A DNA stretch of 58,184 nucleotides, filler included, from Basidioascus undulatus (taxonomy: Eukaryota), in the NCBI GenBank assembly GCA_000826855.1. It is 8 parts of 8 records of this genome, joined end to end, with 100 filler letters (N's around TTAATTAATTAA, not from the genome) between each part and the next. Parts side by side here need not be neighbours in the genome. Positions count along the whole stretch, not along the records: positions 43,753 to 50,921 come from JTLS01001598.1; positions 51,022 to 58,184 come from JTLS01001599.1; 6 more parts are not named here. The stretch is one strand, 5' to 3'. Position numbers and translations under genes: made by a program. Positions 47,027 through 58,184 of the stretch are shown here, piece by piece. The notes beneath the pieces are model-generated. The model saw nothing but the letters and a program-made list of their open reading frames with translations, was not told the origin of the DNA and searched no databases. The first letter of the stretch is position 1. Every line of letters begins with the position of its first letter.

Positions 47027-48636
47027 ATGCTGCTCATTCGTCCAGCTTACCGCCGTCTCGGGCCCTGCATTCTGCGAGGCCCGCATGCTCTCGCTCGCCG
47101 CGTGGGGAGTACACCGGGAGCTCGTCAAGAGGCTGCTCTGCTCGTCGAGGACCCGGTACCTTACCCCGCGTTCTCTCCCGCCGTGATCCGCCCTCTCGGG
47201 ATCGTCGAGCGCCTGCATGTGGTCATGTCAGACTTGGGGCACCGGGCAACGTGAGTCGTTACTATCAATGTCCCTTGCCCTTTTTCTGATGGGAGGTCGG
47301 ATTACTAGTGGTGTATGTAGCATGGAGCTCTCCGGCCCTCGTCTAAGCGATGGAGAGCTCCTCGCCCGCTTCCGCCAGGCGGCGGCGCAGCGGCTTGCAC
47401 GGCAGGGCGAGCTGTCCATCGCGGTGCACCGGGAGTACACAACGGCGATGGGCTGGACCCCGCTCCCCTACGTCGACCTTTTTACCGTCGTCCGGCCTTT
47501 CGATGGCAGCTGCACGGAGGCGGCGCAAGTCGAGGAGGCGCATCACTTTGAGCATTGCGGGGAGGACCCGCTGTGGCGTGTTCGGGTTGGGACGGACCAG
47601 ACGACGGGCAAGTCTCTTTTCACATTTTATTTTGCTCTATACGCATACCCAATCCCTAACAAGCAGTAATACAGGGAAGCAATACGCGACGTTCGCCTTT
47701 AGCCACACTCTCCTCGACGCGACGGGCGGTGTCCAGATCGCGCTGGACCTGTTCCGGGACGCGATCGCCTCCCGAACCGTTTCCGACGTCCCCGATTTTA
47801 TCCACGACTTTTCACGAACCTCCCTCATCTTCCCCGCGACCGAGGAGCTCCTCCCGGAGATGCTCGCCCCCGCCGCCGCGCCGATGCAGTACGTAGCCTG
47901 GTCCGACCGCCTCGCCGGAGCGCCTGCGCCGGGCCACCGCTCGCACATGACGTCTCTCAGCGTCCCCGAGAGCACGCTCAACGGCCTCCGGAAGGCCGCG
48001 AAGGAAAAAGGGATGAGCGTCCAGGCGCTCCTGTACACCTCCGTCCTCGCCGGGCTGCACTCCCTTGACCTCCCAGACGGGACGTCTCTCACCTCTGTCA
48101 CGCCGGTCAACTGCCGCCCTCTCTTCCCTCCCCATCTCGTCGGCGCCACCAATAACTTCGGTCGTCTCTCCACCGTGGAGACGCTCGACCGCTCCAGCTC
48201 GTTCTGGGACGTCGCCCGCACGTACACCGCCGCGCTGCAGGCGCCCGCGCTCCGCGTTCAGGCGGCGCAGGACGTCGGGAGCGTGGGCGCTGTGCCGCTC
48301 GACCGTTGGGAAGACGTCTTCCAGGCCGGCTTGGAGAGTGGTTCGAGCCGCTGCACTTTCTGCGTGTCGAATCTAGGGGTTGTCGATCCCCCCTCGAGCG
48401 CGGAGACGGGGCTCGCACTCGAGGCTTTCAAGATCTGGCACAGCTACCCTTGGGTCGGGCAGATCTTCCCGGCCGTTAGCTTGCGGGGCGGTGGGCTCGA
48501 GATCACCCATGGGTGGGCAGAGGGGGCTCTCCAACCAGGGGAGGGGCAACGAGTAGATGAAGCGGTGATGAGTGTGTTGTGCTCGCTTGCTGCTGGGGAG
48601 GTGCTCGAGGGCGCGAAGATGGGGAACCTGGTGTGA
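47027..48636 (+). CDS. CoA-dependent acyltransferase, alcohol acetyltransferase/condensation-like fold
   Basis: RPLGIVERLH|..PLWRVRV..|FAFSHTLLDATGG (HxxxD)..PVNCRP..FWDVAR..VSNLG. Intron 1 is GT-AG; intron 2 is GC-AG (47608-47674). Confidence 0.82.
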
Positions 48637-49682
48637 GGGGGTGGGATATGCGAACTGTTCATCGCTCGTTGGTTTCTTTTTTCTGCTATTCCTTTGAATT
48701 GATGTACAATGAACGCTAGCGTTCTTGGAGATGAGCGCGCTGAGGGACGTGCTGCGTTCTGCAGACTGAACTGCGAAATGATCGGCAAACTGGCAAACTT
48801 CTCGAGTCGCTTTGCTAGCATTTTCACTGTGCCTTGGTGATCCACATTCGACTTAATGACTTTGACAAATTTTGAATAGACACTAAAGGATTACGACGGG
48901 CGACGGGCAGCGATTCATTGCGGCCTCTTGAAGTGAAGCGAGTGAGCCGCTCACCCCGACGACTCGTGTGCTCACTACTGCGGCCTCCCACACAGAGTGA
49001 ACGGTGCTCACCCATCTATCGCGGTCAAAGAGGACAGAAAGAGAGGCTGAGGTCAGTAGACTGCCCGGTACGTGCTGAACACCGCCGACGAAAGTATGAA
49101 CTGCGTTGAAGTTTGCTGGCAGGTTGCTGAAGAAGGCTGTGCACGCCAAGAACAATGAATATGCGAGTGTGAAGCCGATACCCGATGTATGCAAGTGTAG
49201 GCAGCAACACTTCACCTATAAAGCACCATGCTTCTGGCTTCCTCTCGTCTGGCTGCTAACTTGCAGGCCTTACAAGCCGTGCGAGTCGGTCTGGCTGTGC
49301 TGTTACCAGCTTCCTGCTAAATACAGGCTTCATGTGCATGGGAGCGTAGTACGAAAATAGGAGGAGCATATCAATCGGAGGCAGCTCCGGGAAACGCTCA
49401 CAGCACAGTCAGACGTTCAGAGTTCTCAGAGGCCCCCGGGCTCACTGGGAGTTCGCATCCTCCTGATCTGGATCTTTTTCAGAAGTTTTCGAAAGACGTC
49501 TATATACAGCGAAGAGTCCCAAAGAGCCGCGATTATGCAGTCGACAGTGCGTCGGGCCCAACTCGGGCTATCGGGGGGTCAGCCGTCATCAGGTTCCAGG
49601 GCGCGCGAGCGTCGCGTCGGTTGGCCGGTCACCATCACCACCGTCGACCCCTTCCTCCTCCTCCTCCTCCCCGCTCGGCTCG

Positions 49683-50921
49683 ATGGAAATCGATCCTCAA
49701 CCCGAAGCGTCCAGCTCAACGCCGCAGGTGGACCAGGGCCCGTCCACCCGGCGCTCGAAACGTCCCAGGCGGTCGTCAGCTTCCATAGCAGCCTCGCTCC
49801 TCTCCGATCTCCCACCAACGTCCGTCTCCCTGCCCTCTCTCTCCTTTCCCAAAGCTCACAGTTCCCCGAAATTCTTGGACGAATACACAGACCGACCCTC
49901 TACCCACCCACCGTCCTCCCCGTCCCCGCCGCAGTCCCCCCGCAGCTCAAGCCGTCCCTGCTCGTCCCGCACCCGACCTCCCCGCACATCCTCGGCTTCT
50001 TCCCCTTCCCCACGCCCTCAAGGGGCACCTGGGCGCTCTGGGAGAAGGACACCAGCGGGGCGGGCGCGGGGTGGGTCGTGCGCGAGTGGGGCACACTGGG
50101 CGAGGGCGAGGGGTGGGTCGCTGCACGCTGGGTGGGCGAGGGGAGGGAGGTGCGTCTGCTTCCTCCTACCTCTCCATTTCCATTTCTCCCCCTCCCGTTT
50201 TCCCATGCTCATCACCTCGCACTCCTGCAGTGGACCCTCGACCCCCTCTCCCAAACGTTCTCCCGCCTCCCGGCGCTAGGCCCATACAACCCGCTCTCGC
50301 CCCTCGCCTTCCTGAGCATAACCCGCTCGGCACACGTCCTCCTCTTCTTCGCGCCCGCGCCGGGCGCGCCGCTTCGCTCGCTCCGCGCCCCACTCAGCAC
50401 GCCCGCGTTTGTGGATGTCGATTTGGAGGTGCTGCACCCGCTTGGGGCCCAGCGGAGCGCGGTTAGGAGGGCGGGGATCGGGTATCGGTAAGCGCTCTCC
50501 TCTTCCCTCCCATGGTTCCTTTACCCTCCCCGCCTCCTCCCCCTCCCCCTCCTCCTTTGCTCCCCCGCCTCCTCCATGCCCCCATCCCTCCGCTATGCCC
50601 TGCTGACGCCGCCGGAACCACAGACCAGACGGCACAGCCCTCATAGCCCTGCACTCGCACATCCTGCTCCTCCCTCCTCCTCCTCCGCCGCCGCCTGCCG
50701 AACCAGGCACCGACGCGCTCTTCTGGGACGCCCACCCGGACGCAGATGCGCTCCTCCAGTGGGGCGAGCCCGTCGAGGACGACAAGATCGAGCTCGCAGA
50801 GGTCGTGCTGGACTTCGTGGGGCCTCAACCTAGTGCGTGCTTGCCTTGCCTTGCCTTGCTGGGACATTGTTTGGGTGAGGCGTGTGGGTTGCTGATACGG
50901 TGATGAGAAGGTATCTCCACC
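49683..50921 (+). CDS. MED16: Probable Mediator subunit 16-like protein, 3'-truncated
   Basis: Multi-exon open frame with HILGFFP..WALW..WVVREW..WVAARWVGEGRE|W..RLPALGP..AGIGY..WGE..IELAEV, resembling the beta-propeller N-terminus of basidiomycete Med16. Family call from memory. Confidence 0.5.
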
Positions 50922-51021
50922 NNNNNNNNNNNNNNNNNNNNNNNNNNNNNNNNNNNNNNNNNNNNTTAATTAATTAANNNNNNNNNNNNNNNNNNNNNNN
51001 NNNNNNNNNNNNNNNNNNNNN
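50922..51021. other. Artificial contig spacer
   Basis: N-run/TTAATTAATTAA/N-run, 100 nt. Confidence 0.98.
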
Positions 51022-54000
51022 CCCTCCACCGCCGCCCTCGAAGCCGACCCAACCGCATCAACCTCCTCCGCGCCCCTGACCGCGCCCCACGCTCCCGCTC
51101 CGCCATCCGACGCGCGCCTCCCCAACGGCAAGCGCAAGAAGCTCGGCCCGCCCGACGCCCCGCCCTCGGCCGAGACGGCGCGCTTCCTTGCCGACTTCGA
51201 CCCCATGCGCAGCTGGCTGCCTGAGGGGTGCAGCGGCCCGCGCGAGTACACGCCCGAGGCGTGCGCGATGATCGAGCGCATGTATTGGCGCTCCTTGGGG
51301 CTCGGCGAAGGGGAGGTCTCGTGGTATGGGGCTGATCTGCAGGGTCCGTTGAACGTTCCTTCTCCCGTCCATACCCCTTCTCCCTCTTCCTCTTCCTCTT
51401 CCTCTTCTCCGCAACTGACGCATGGTTTGTTGTTGGCGAAAACAGGCAGCCTCTTCACGGATTCCACGACCTCCTGGAACGTCGCCCACCTCCCCTCGTA
51501 CCTGACCGACCTCCTCCGCAACGCGGGCAACAACCCGCGCCTCCCCGGCGTGAATACGCCATACCTCTACTTTGGCATCTGGCGCGCGACGTTCGCTTGG
51601 TATGTCTTCGCTTTTGCCCCTGCACCCTCTCTCCCTCATCTTTTTGTAGTACTGTTGTATCTTGGGAGATGGACACTGACGCGGGGGGTGCGCAGGCACG
51701 TCGAGGACATGGACCTGTACTCGATCAACTACGTGCGTCTTGCTGCCTCTCTTCTTCTGAAGCGATCAACATGGCTGAATGTGGGGGTTGCGGCTGAGAA
51801 CAGATCCACTTTGGCGCGCCCAAGTTCTGGTACGCCATCCCGCAAAAGAACAAGGACCGGTTCGAGAACACCATGGCCGGTACGTCTTGCCCCCCTCTGC
51901 CCCTTCTCGCTCTCTCCCTCGACTGGCTAATGCTAACGCTCGTGGTCGCGCCAGGTTACTTCCCACCCGACGTGCGCAAGTGCCCCGAGTGGCTCCGCCA
52001 CAAGTCGTTCCTCGCGTCGCCCAACCTCCTCGCCGGGCATGACCTCCGTCCGAACGTGCTCGTCCAGCACCAGGGCGAGTTTGTGATCACGTATCCGCAC
52101 GGGTACCATGCTGGTGCGTTGAACGATCTCTTTACCCTCGACCTATATCGGGAGTTGGGTTCATTGGGATTGCAAGGGAGAAAGAGGGAAGCAGAGGCAG
52201 CGGCTGACGAAGAGTCGGTGATGAATGGGTAACAGGCTTCAACATGGGCTTCAACTGCGCGGAGAGCGTCAACTTCGCGACGGAGCGGTGGGAGGATTAT
52301 GGACGGAAGGCGAGGCACTGCGCTTGCGTTGGAGACAGGTGCGCGCGTTCCTTCCCTCGTTTTCTGCACCTCTTCTTTTCCCCACCCCATCCGCCTCTCT
52401 TCTGTCCTTGCCTTCGCTCAGCCTGGTCCTGACTGGTACGGATCCGATGACTCGAACAGCGTCCGAATTGACGTCGACGCGCTCCTCGCGCAAGCGGAAG
52501 AGTTGCGCCGCAAGCGAAACTCCAAGTCCACCTCGACTCCGAACCCGCGCAAGCGCAAGTCCACCACCTCTGCCAACCCCATCTCCGCCACGCCCGCGCC
52601 AGCGCCCCTCACACCCGACGCGACGCCGAGCCCCGAGCCGTCAACCGCGGATGCTGCCGTCCAAGCTCCGCGCAAAAAGATCAAGCTCACCGTCGGTAAC
52701 GGCAGCGCCAGCAAGAAGCCCGTGTACCCTTGCGTGCTATGTGCGAGCGAGGAGAGCGACGGCCTGTTGAGGGTCATTGAGGGCGCCTCGGCGGAGGGTG
52801 GGGAGAGCGGGGAGAGTGAGGGAAAGAGGGAGGGTGGGAAGGGGAAGGAGAGGTGGGCGCATAAGATTTGCGCGGGATTCATACCCGAGGTAAGCAGAGG
52901 CGATGGTGGAACGGAGCGTAGAGCGCTGATGGGCTGACGGGTATGGCGTGGGCAGACGTGGATTGAGAGCAGGGAAACGCCTCGCGAAGGTGGAGATTCC
53001 GAGACGGAGGAGGTCGTCAGGGGCGTGCAGAACATCCCGAAGGCACGCTGGGGTCTGGTGAGTCGATAACATGCCCATCTCGAGATTGCCAATGCTGATG
53101 CGGTGCTTGGGATAGCGCTGTTCGCTTTGTACCGGCCCGAGCGCGAAGACGGGATGCTGCATTCAGGTATGCTAGTCCATCTGGGGTGACTGCCGTGGTG
53201 CGAGCGAGTGCTGATCAGTAACGGCCGACCAGTGTACGAAGGGCAAATGCGCACGGGCATTCCACGTCACTTGCGCGCTGAAGGAGGAGGTGCGTTGCGT
53301 CCGGTCCAGTTTAGGCGGCAAGTCAATGCGGCTGACATCTTCCGGGTGGGGCGGAATAGAACCACACCCATCTCGACATAGTTGAAGAGCCCCCTCCGCC
53401 CCCGGCTGCTGAGCCCGAGGCCGGTATCGAGGCTGCTCCCCAACCCCAATCGGAATCGATCTGGCGACTCGAGGCGCTTTGTAAGAGCTGCAACCCTGTG
53501 CGTCTCCGTTCCCTTCCCCGATTTCGGCCTGTATGTTTGACTGATGGTTTGCGTCGTTCCCGCAGGCATACGCCCGCTTCAAGGCCGAGCGCAAGGCCGA
53601 GGAGCACCGCCATGCGGTGCGCGCGCTCGTCCCCGGGCAGAGAATCAAGGTCCGCATCCCCACTGCGGGCGTGTTTGAAGTCGGCTTTGTTTCGGCGGAC
53701 GAGGGGAGGGCTACGGTGGAGGTGGTTTGGGGCGATGGGTGAGTTAGCGAGCGCATGTTGCTTCGAAATAAGGAGGGATGATCACTGACGTGCGGATGTG
53801 GGGATGCAGGACGAGGCGGGAAATCAAGGCAAAGTCGGTGCTGTTCAACGCAGACAAGGTGCCCGTTACGCAGATGGTGGACTACGGCTACAGTGCGTCG
53901 TGCTCCTCGTCGCTCTGCTTCGTTTCTTGCTGACGCTGAAGCTGGTTGGCGCTCGTCTAGACGGTCCTGCCCGCACATCTCGCGCACGGGCGCCCGGAGA

Positions 54001-54517
54001 AGATGCCAACGAGCAGGGCGCTGCTCCGCCCTCAACCCCACCTGGCGCCTCAACCGCCCCGCGTCCCCAACCTCGCACGACCGCTCCTCTCGATCCTCCT
54101 CCCGGACCCGCGCAGTCCGCCCCCGCCCCCCCCGCCGCGCCCATCCACCCAACTCAGTTCGAGCACCTCCTGTCCCTCCCGGGCGTCGCCCACCTCCTCC
54201 AGTCCTTCGCCGTCCCGTCAAACGCCCAGCAGCAGCCGCCAGCCCCCAACGGCGCGCTACTTGCATACCTCGCCGCATACGCCAACGCGCATCCGCATCC
54301 GATCCCGCACTCGCACTCGCGGCCCTCGCACCCGCGGCCCTCGCCCATCGCTGTACCGCAGCTGCTCAACGGACCGATGGCCGTGCTCCCGCCGAAACCA
54401 GCGCAGCAGCAGCAGCAGCAGTGCCGGGTTTCGGGTGTGCTGCCCGTCGGCTGGACCCCGCCTGTGCACGGGCAGGCTGAGGAGGCGCAGGGCGCCGCGA
54501 CATCGACGAGGGCTTGA
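51022..54517 (+). CDS. RPH1: KDM4/Rph1-family JmjC histone demethylase with extended PHD and Tudor-like region, 5'-truncated
   Basis: [90 protein letters not shown]. Then [46 protein letters not shown]. Confidence 0.93.
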
Positions 54518-54652
54518 GAGTGAGGCTGTCTTCTTATTCTTGTGCTGCTACGTTACGTTTCGAGCCTCGTACTTCGTACACGCATAGTGTTTCTTCGTTT
54601 CGCATTTGCTTATTGCTTGTCCTGTCTTGACGAGACCGCAGTTTCTTGAGTC

Positions 54653-55045
54653 TTATTTCATCTTCGTTTGACTTGGAGAGTCATCCGCGTCCAACTCGAC
54701 ATTGACGACGACTGGCCCGCCTTTGATCCAGAGCTTCTGCAGGCGACGTTCGCCCTGCGAAGGCTCCAGAGCTGGCTCCTCCTCCAATTCCGCGTGCTTT
54801 TCCGCTTGATCCTGCTCGGGCTGCGGCTGCTCAGGACCTTGAAGAGCCAGCTGTTGAACTTGCTACTGTTGCTCAGGCTGCAGATGGGGGGCGTCCGGGT
54901 CGATTCCCGAACGTCACAGATTGACGTTGGGGAAGTTGTAGTAGTTGTAGTGCTGAGTCTGTCGACAGGCGTAAGACCGTTCAGCTTGGACGCGGGCAAC
55001 CCTCATAACAACGGCTTCGCCTACATGGATGACGGGAGGCTGCAT
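54653..55045 (-). pseudogene. Small Gln/Glu-rich two-exon gene with two in-frame stops
   Basis: MQPPVIH|TQHYNYYNFPNVNL*RSG..PEQQ*QVQQ..EEEPALEP..KMK*. The intron gtaggc..ctgaa..gacag is intact. Confidence 0.4.
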
Positions 55046-56245
55046 GGCGGTTTGATCTAGAATGATGGGTGCTTTGACCGGAAGAGGTTGAGTGAGAGTG
55101 AGATCGAGGGAGAATAAGGGTCAAGCTCGCAATTGCTTTCAGCGACCGGTCCCGAGGCCCAAGAAGTTTTCGGGCTGCATGGTAACGGGGTGATGGAGCC
55201 GTCCCTCTGAGCCTGCATGTGGAGTTTATGATACACGTTGCCGTTTGGAATACAACATGGTTTCGAAAAGCCGGTCAATTTGGTTTAGTCCTAAGGGCTG
55301 CTAAAACACCAGTTCCTCTTACAGTAAAAGTTCGCAAGCGTTTGCCCTGACAAACATAAGTTAAGAAAGGTGTGTATAAGTACTGTGCACCAATCATGTG
55401 CGATCAAGCTACATTGTTTGTGAACCGGCTGTAATGCACGGGCCGGGCTGAAAAACGTACGTTGCAGCCGTACTGCGTCCTCCCCTCTCGTCTCCCCCAT
55501 GCGGAAGCGTCTGCCACGACCACCCTTCAATTTGCCATTTGGGGTTCAAATGGTCGGCAAGATTCTAGCTATTTCCAACCTTCTTGCCATTCATATGGTG
55601 TTAGGGACTTCCAGCACTCAACCACTGCTCTGGAAGGTACAGCAAGGTGATGCATTCAGTGCCATTCAATGCAACAGATTGCGCCAGTGCTGGTCTCGGA
55701 AAGTTACATCGCAATGAAAAAGGCAATGAAAATTTCTATGGCTTCAGCAAGCGCATCATATAACAAGGGCCGACAAAGTGAGAGTAGGTGGTTGGGGAAG
55801 GCCACACACGGAGCAACGGACTCACAGTCGAGCAACAAGAGTGCCAAGCTCGCGAACTCCTTACGACGCTTGCTTGGACTACGTCTTCTTGAACCAAGAA
55901 CATAAACAGAGCCTTAAGCTGAATGGTCACGCTTCCTCTTCCTGCACCATGTCGCTAGCTTTTCAAATTGACGGTGTGGCTTGCGCAAGTGGCCGGCCTA
56001 CCCATGCCAACTGCTGTCTTTCTTACATTGGATCAAGAGTGTACAGCAGTGACAGCATAGGAAATCGTTCATTCTGCTAAAACAAAAGCATCGTGTGAGA
56101 CAAAGTCGGGAGATGTCTATCCAGCTCATGGCGGATATCACCTGCGGGTCAGTCTCACCGGCATATAGGTATGCCCAAAACTGTATCTCGTGAGATGAAA
56201 ACTGTGCGTGAATCATGATAATGTACAAAAAGCAAATGAAAGGAA

Positions 56246-56319
56246 TGGCCACTGCAGGGGTCGAACCTGCGACTTTGGAGTTATTAGCTCCACACTCTAA
56301 CCAACTGAGTTAAGCGGCC
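56246..56319 (-). tRNA. tRNA-Ile(AAT), no intron
   Basis: GGCCGCT-TA-ACTC-AGTTGGTTA-GAGT-G-TGGAG-CT-AAT-AA-CTCCA-AAGTC-GCAGG-TTCGACC-CCTGC-AGTGGCC-A. Confidence 0.95.
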
Positions 56320-56968
56320 CATGCTCAGACTCTCATGTTGAATAAGATGCTCCAAACGCGCTTCCATATCCTAGTACAAGCATGTATAACGTCGATTCTC
56401 TTCCTCGTTGAACGCATCTTCAGTAGAAGCAAATAAAGGACCGCTTCAGAACGACACCTCCTATGTGAACAGACCCTCTGCAGGTCTCCACGGTACTGCC
56501 GGGCGACGATGGCAGCCGCAACTCCACTGCCGTTTCCAGTCCACACAGTCCCCTCCAATCGTCGAAGCCACTGCATGCACTCAAACCAATCCTCGCCACG
56601 TACCAGCACCCAGCACGCACAGACCAAACACAGCCTCCATCAAGCGACCAGCGCTGATGCATGTCCACCCTAAGCACCATTACGTACACCACCGAAAAGC
56701 GGCACGACCGTGACGGAGGGAGATACATGCGGGACGAGACTAAAAGCACAGTGTGTGTGATGCAGTGGACTTGTGGGAATGTGGGGAATGGGATAGAGCT
56801 GGGGGATGCATGCGTGCGGAATGGGGTTAGTCATGAGGGGTCGTTAAGCTTGAAGGATCGTGAGATGCATGGGGCTTCGTGAGATAGATGGGAGGTATGG
56901 TAGGGGGATGGATGGAGTGGGGTGGAATGGGCCGAGGACGGAGTGCCGGGGCGAGGGGGGTATGGAGC

Positions 56969-58184
56969 TCAAAGGCCAAACGAGAACGCGACGACGGCGT
57001 AAAGCCCCTCTTCGCGCCCGAGCAGGCCCTGGCCGGTGAGGACCTCCATCTTGCGCGAGTGCCAGCCGACCATGGACGCGACGTTGCCGCGCGCGGCCGA
57101 GAGCGCGTCGATCTCGCGCCGCCACGGGTTGTCGCGCGCGAGGTCGCGCTGGAGCTGGCCCTCTTCCACGGCGCACGGACGGACGGCGGAGTTGATGTAC
57201 CTGTTCGCGTATAGCACGGTCAGTGGACCAGCCGAGATGGGCAGAAGGGGTGACGAGAATTGAAATGGGAATAGGGAACATACCATCCACGCCTGCCACG
57301 CGAGCGAACGACCCGCCACGACCCAGCGCCGCCCTGCAGCGCGTCGAGCATCTCCGCCCCGAGTTCGACGACACGGAGCGCGGTCGGGGGCGGGCTGGCC
57401 GGCTTGGGGTTGGTGAGGGAGAAGTAGAACGGCGGGGTGGTAAGGGGCTTGATGAGCGTCGTCTGGAGCGCGAGGACTGCCGTGCGGGCCGTGGAGCTGT
57501 TGCCGGGGGTGACGGCGAGCTCGGGCGTGGACAAGTTGAGGTCGACGACCTCTGTGTTGCGCGCGCGGTGCATCACAAAGTCTGCAACTGCCTTGAGCGG
57601 GAGGGCGGGGATGTTTGCGAGGCCGAGCGAGCGGAGGTGCGGCTGCGGCGCGAGCTGGGCGAGGATCGACGCGGAGAGCGGGGCGGACGCGAGGTCGAGG
57701 TAGCGCATCTCGCCGGCGACGAAGCAGGGCGCGCGGGTGAGGACGATCTCGAGCTCGTCGGCATTGAACGGGCACGGCACTGCGTTGTCCCCGTACAGGT
57801 TGAGCTCGCGGATCGTGCGCGCCGCGCGGCCGTCGACGAGCAGGCGCAACAGGCAGTCCCCGTCGAGCTTCCTGCAGCGGGCGAGCGCGAGGGACTCGAG
57901 GCGGACAGTCTGCGAGCGCGCGAGCGCGTGGATGAGCGCCGGCGCGGCGCGCGTGTTGGACAGGTCGAGGTGCGTGAGGTTCGGGAAGGCGAGGACGAAC
58001 GCGGTGAGAGTGGGCGAGAAGACGTTGATGAGGTTCGAGAGGTTCAGGCGCGTGAGCGACGTGAACTTCCCCGTGTGCGGGTTCGTGCGCGTCGGGGAAG
58101 GCAGCGGCGGGTGGTGCCACGTCGCGGGGTACTCCGGCGGGGGCGCGCCGATGCGCTCGCGCTCGTCCTCGTCCTCGTCCTCGA
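56969..58184 (-). CDS. Fungal leucine-rich-repeat (RNI-like) protein, 5' end outside window
   Basis: LTRLNLS..FPNLTHLDLS..LESLALARCRKL..IRELNLYGD..MRYLDLA..LRSLGLANIP..RGRRGW|Y..GWHSRKMEVLTGQGLLGREEGLY..SFGL*. Confidence 0.8.
   Translation of the reverse strand, partial: RGRGRGRARAHRRAPAGVPRDVAPPAAAFPDAHEPAHGEVHVAHAPEPLEPHQRLLAHSHRVRPRLPEPHAPRPVQHARRAGAHPRARALADCPPRVPRARPLQEARRGLPVAPARRRPRGAHDPRAQPVRGQRSAVPVQCRRARDRPHPRALLRRRRDALPRPRVRPALRVDPRPARAAAAPPLARPRKHPRPPAQGSCRLCDAPRAQHRGRRPQLVHARARRHPRQQLHGPHGSPRAPDDAHQAPYHPAVLLLPHQPQAGQPAPDRAPCRRTRGGDARRAAGRRWVVAGRSLAWQAWMVCSLFPFQFSSPLLPISAGPLTVLYANRYINSAVRPCAVEEGQLQRDLARDNPWRREIDALSAARGNVASMVGWHSRKMEVLTGQGLLGREEGLYAVVAFSFGL

Noticed and set aside
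50840..50860. (TTGCC)n repeat
   Set aside because: Short intronic microsatellite with no sign of function.
332..58120. Most long ORFs in the supplied track
   Set aside because: They are antisense or off-frame shadows of GC-rich exons, or read through introns.

Overview
Eukaryotic, GC-rich, intron-dense fungal DNA. A basidiomycete origin is inferred from the ~55-75 nt introns with GTGCGT/GTGAGT donors, CTRAC branch sites and a beta-2-type tubulin. The window is not one locus: it is eight contigs of 7.16-7.22 kb joined by artificial 100-nt N/TTAATTAATTAA spacers, so gene order across gaps means nothing and many genes are truncated. Hand-spliced genes: Ima1, a divergent 22-intron beta-tubulin, two Zn2Cys6 factors, an AHC1-finger/YEATS2-like chromatin protein, MYND-like and RING-like proteins, CSN2, a Myb protein, an RNF220-like ligase, a Tra2-like SR protein, an FMP25-like RCC1 protein, an alpha/beta-hydrolase-fold protein, an alcohol-acetyltransferase-like enzyme, Med16-like, a KDM4-type JmjC demethylase and an LRR protein. 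There are also three tRNA genes and several decayed accessory genes. Best observations: (1) an AT-AC intron in beta-tubulin whose AC acceptor must be chosen over an AG 3 nt upstream; (2) an AHC1-finger + degenerate YEATS + histone-fold protein that may link the yeast ADA and metazoan ATAC complexes; (3) CSN2 ending in the last exon of an MFS transporter, probably a chimeric join; (4) a nucleophile-less hydrolase head-to-head with an acyltransferase. All family calls are by eye; no database searches were run.
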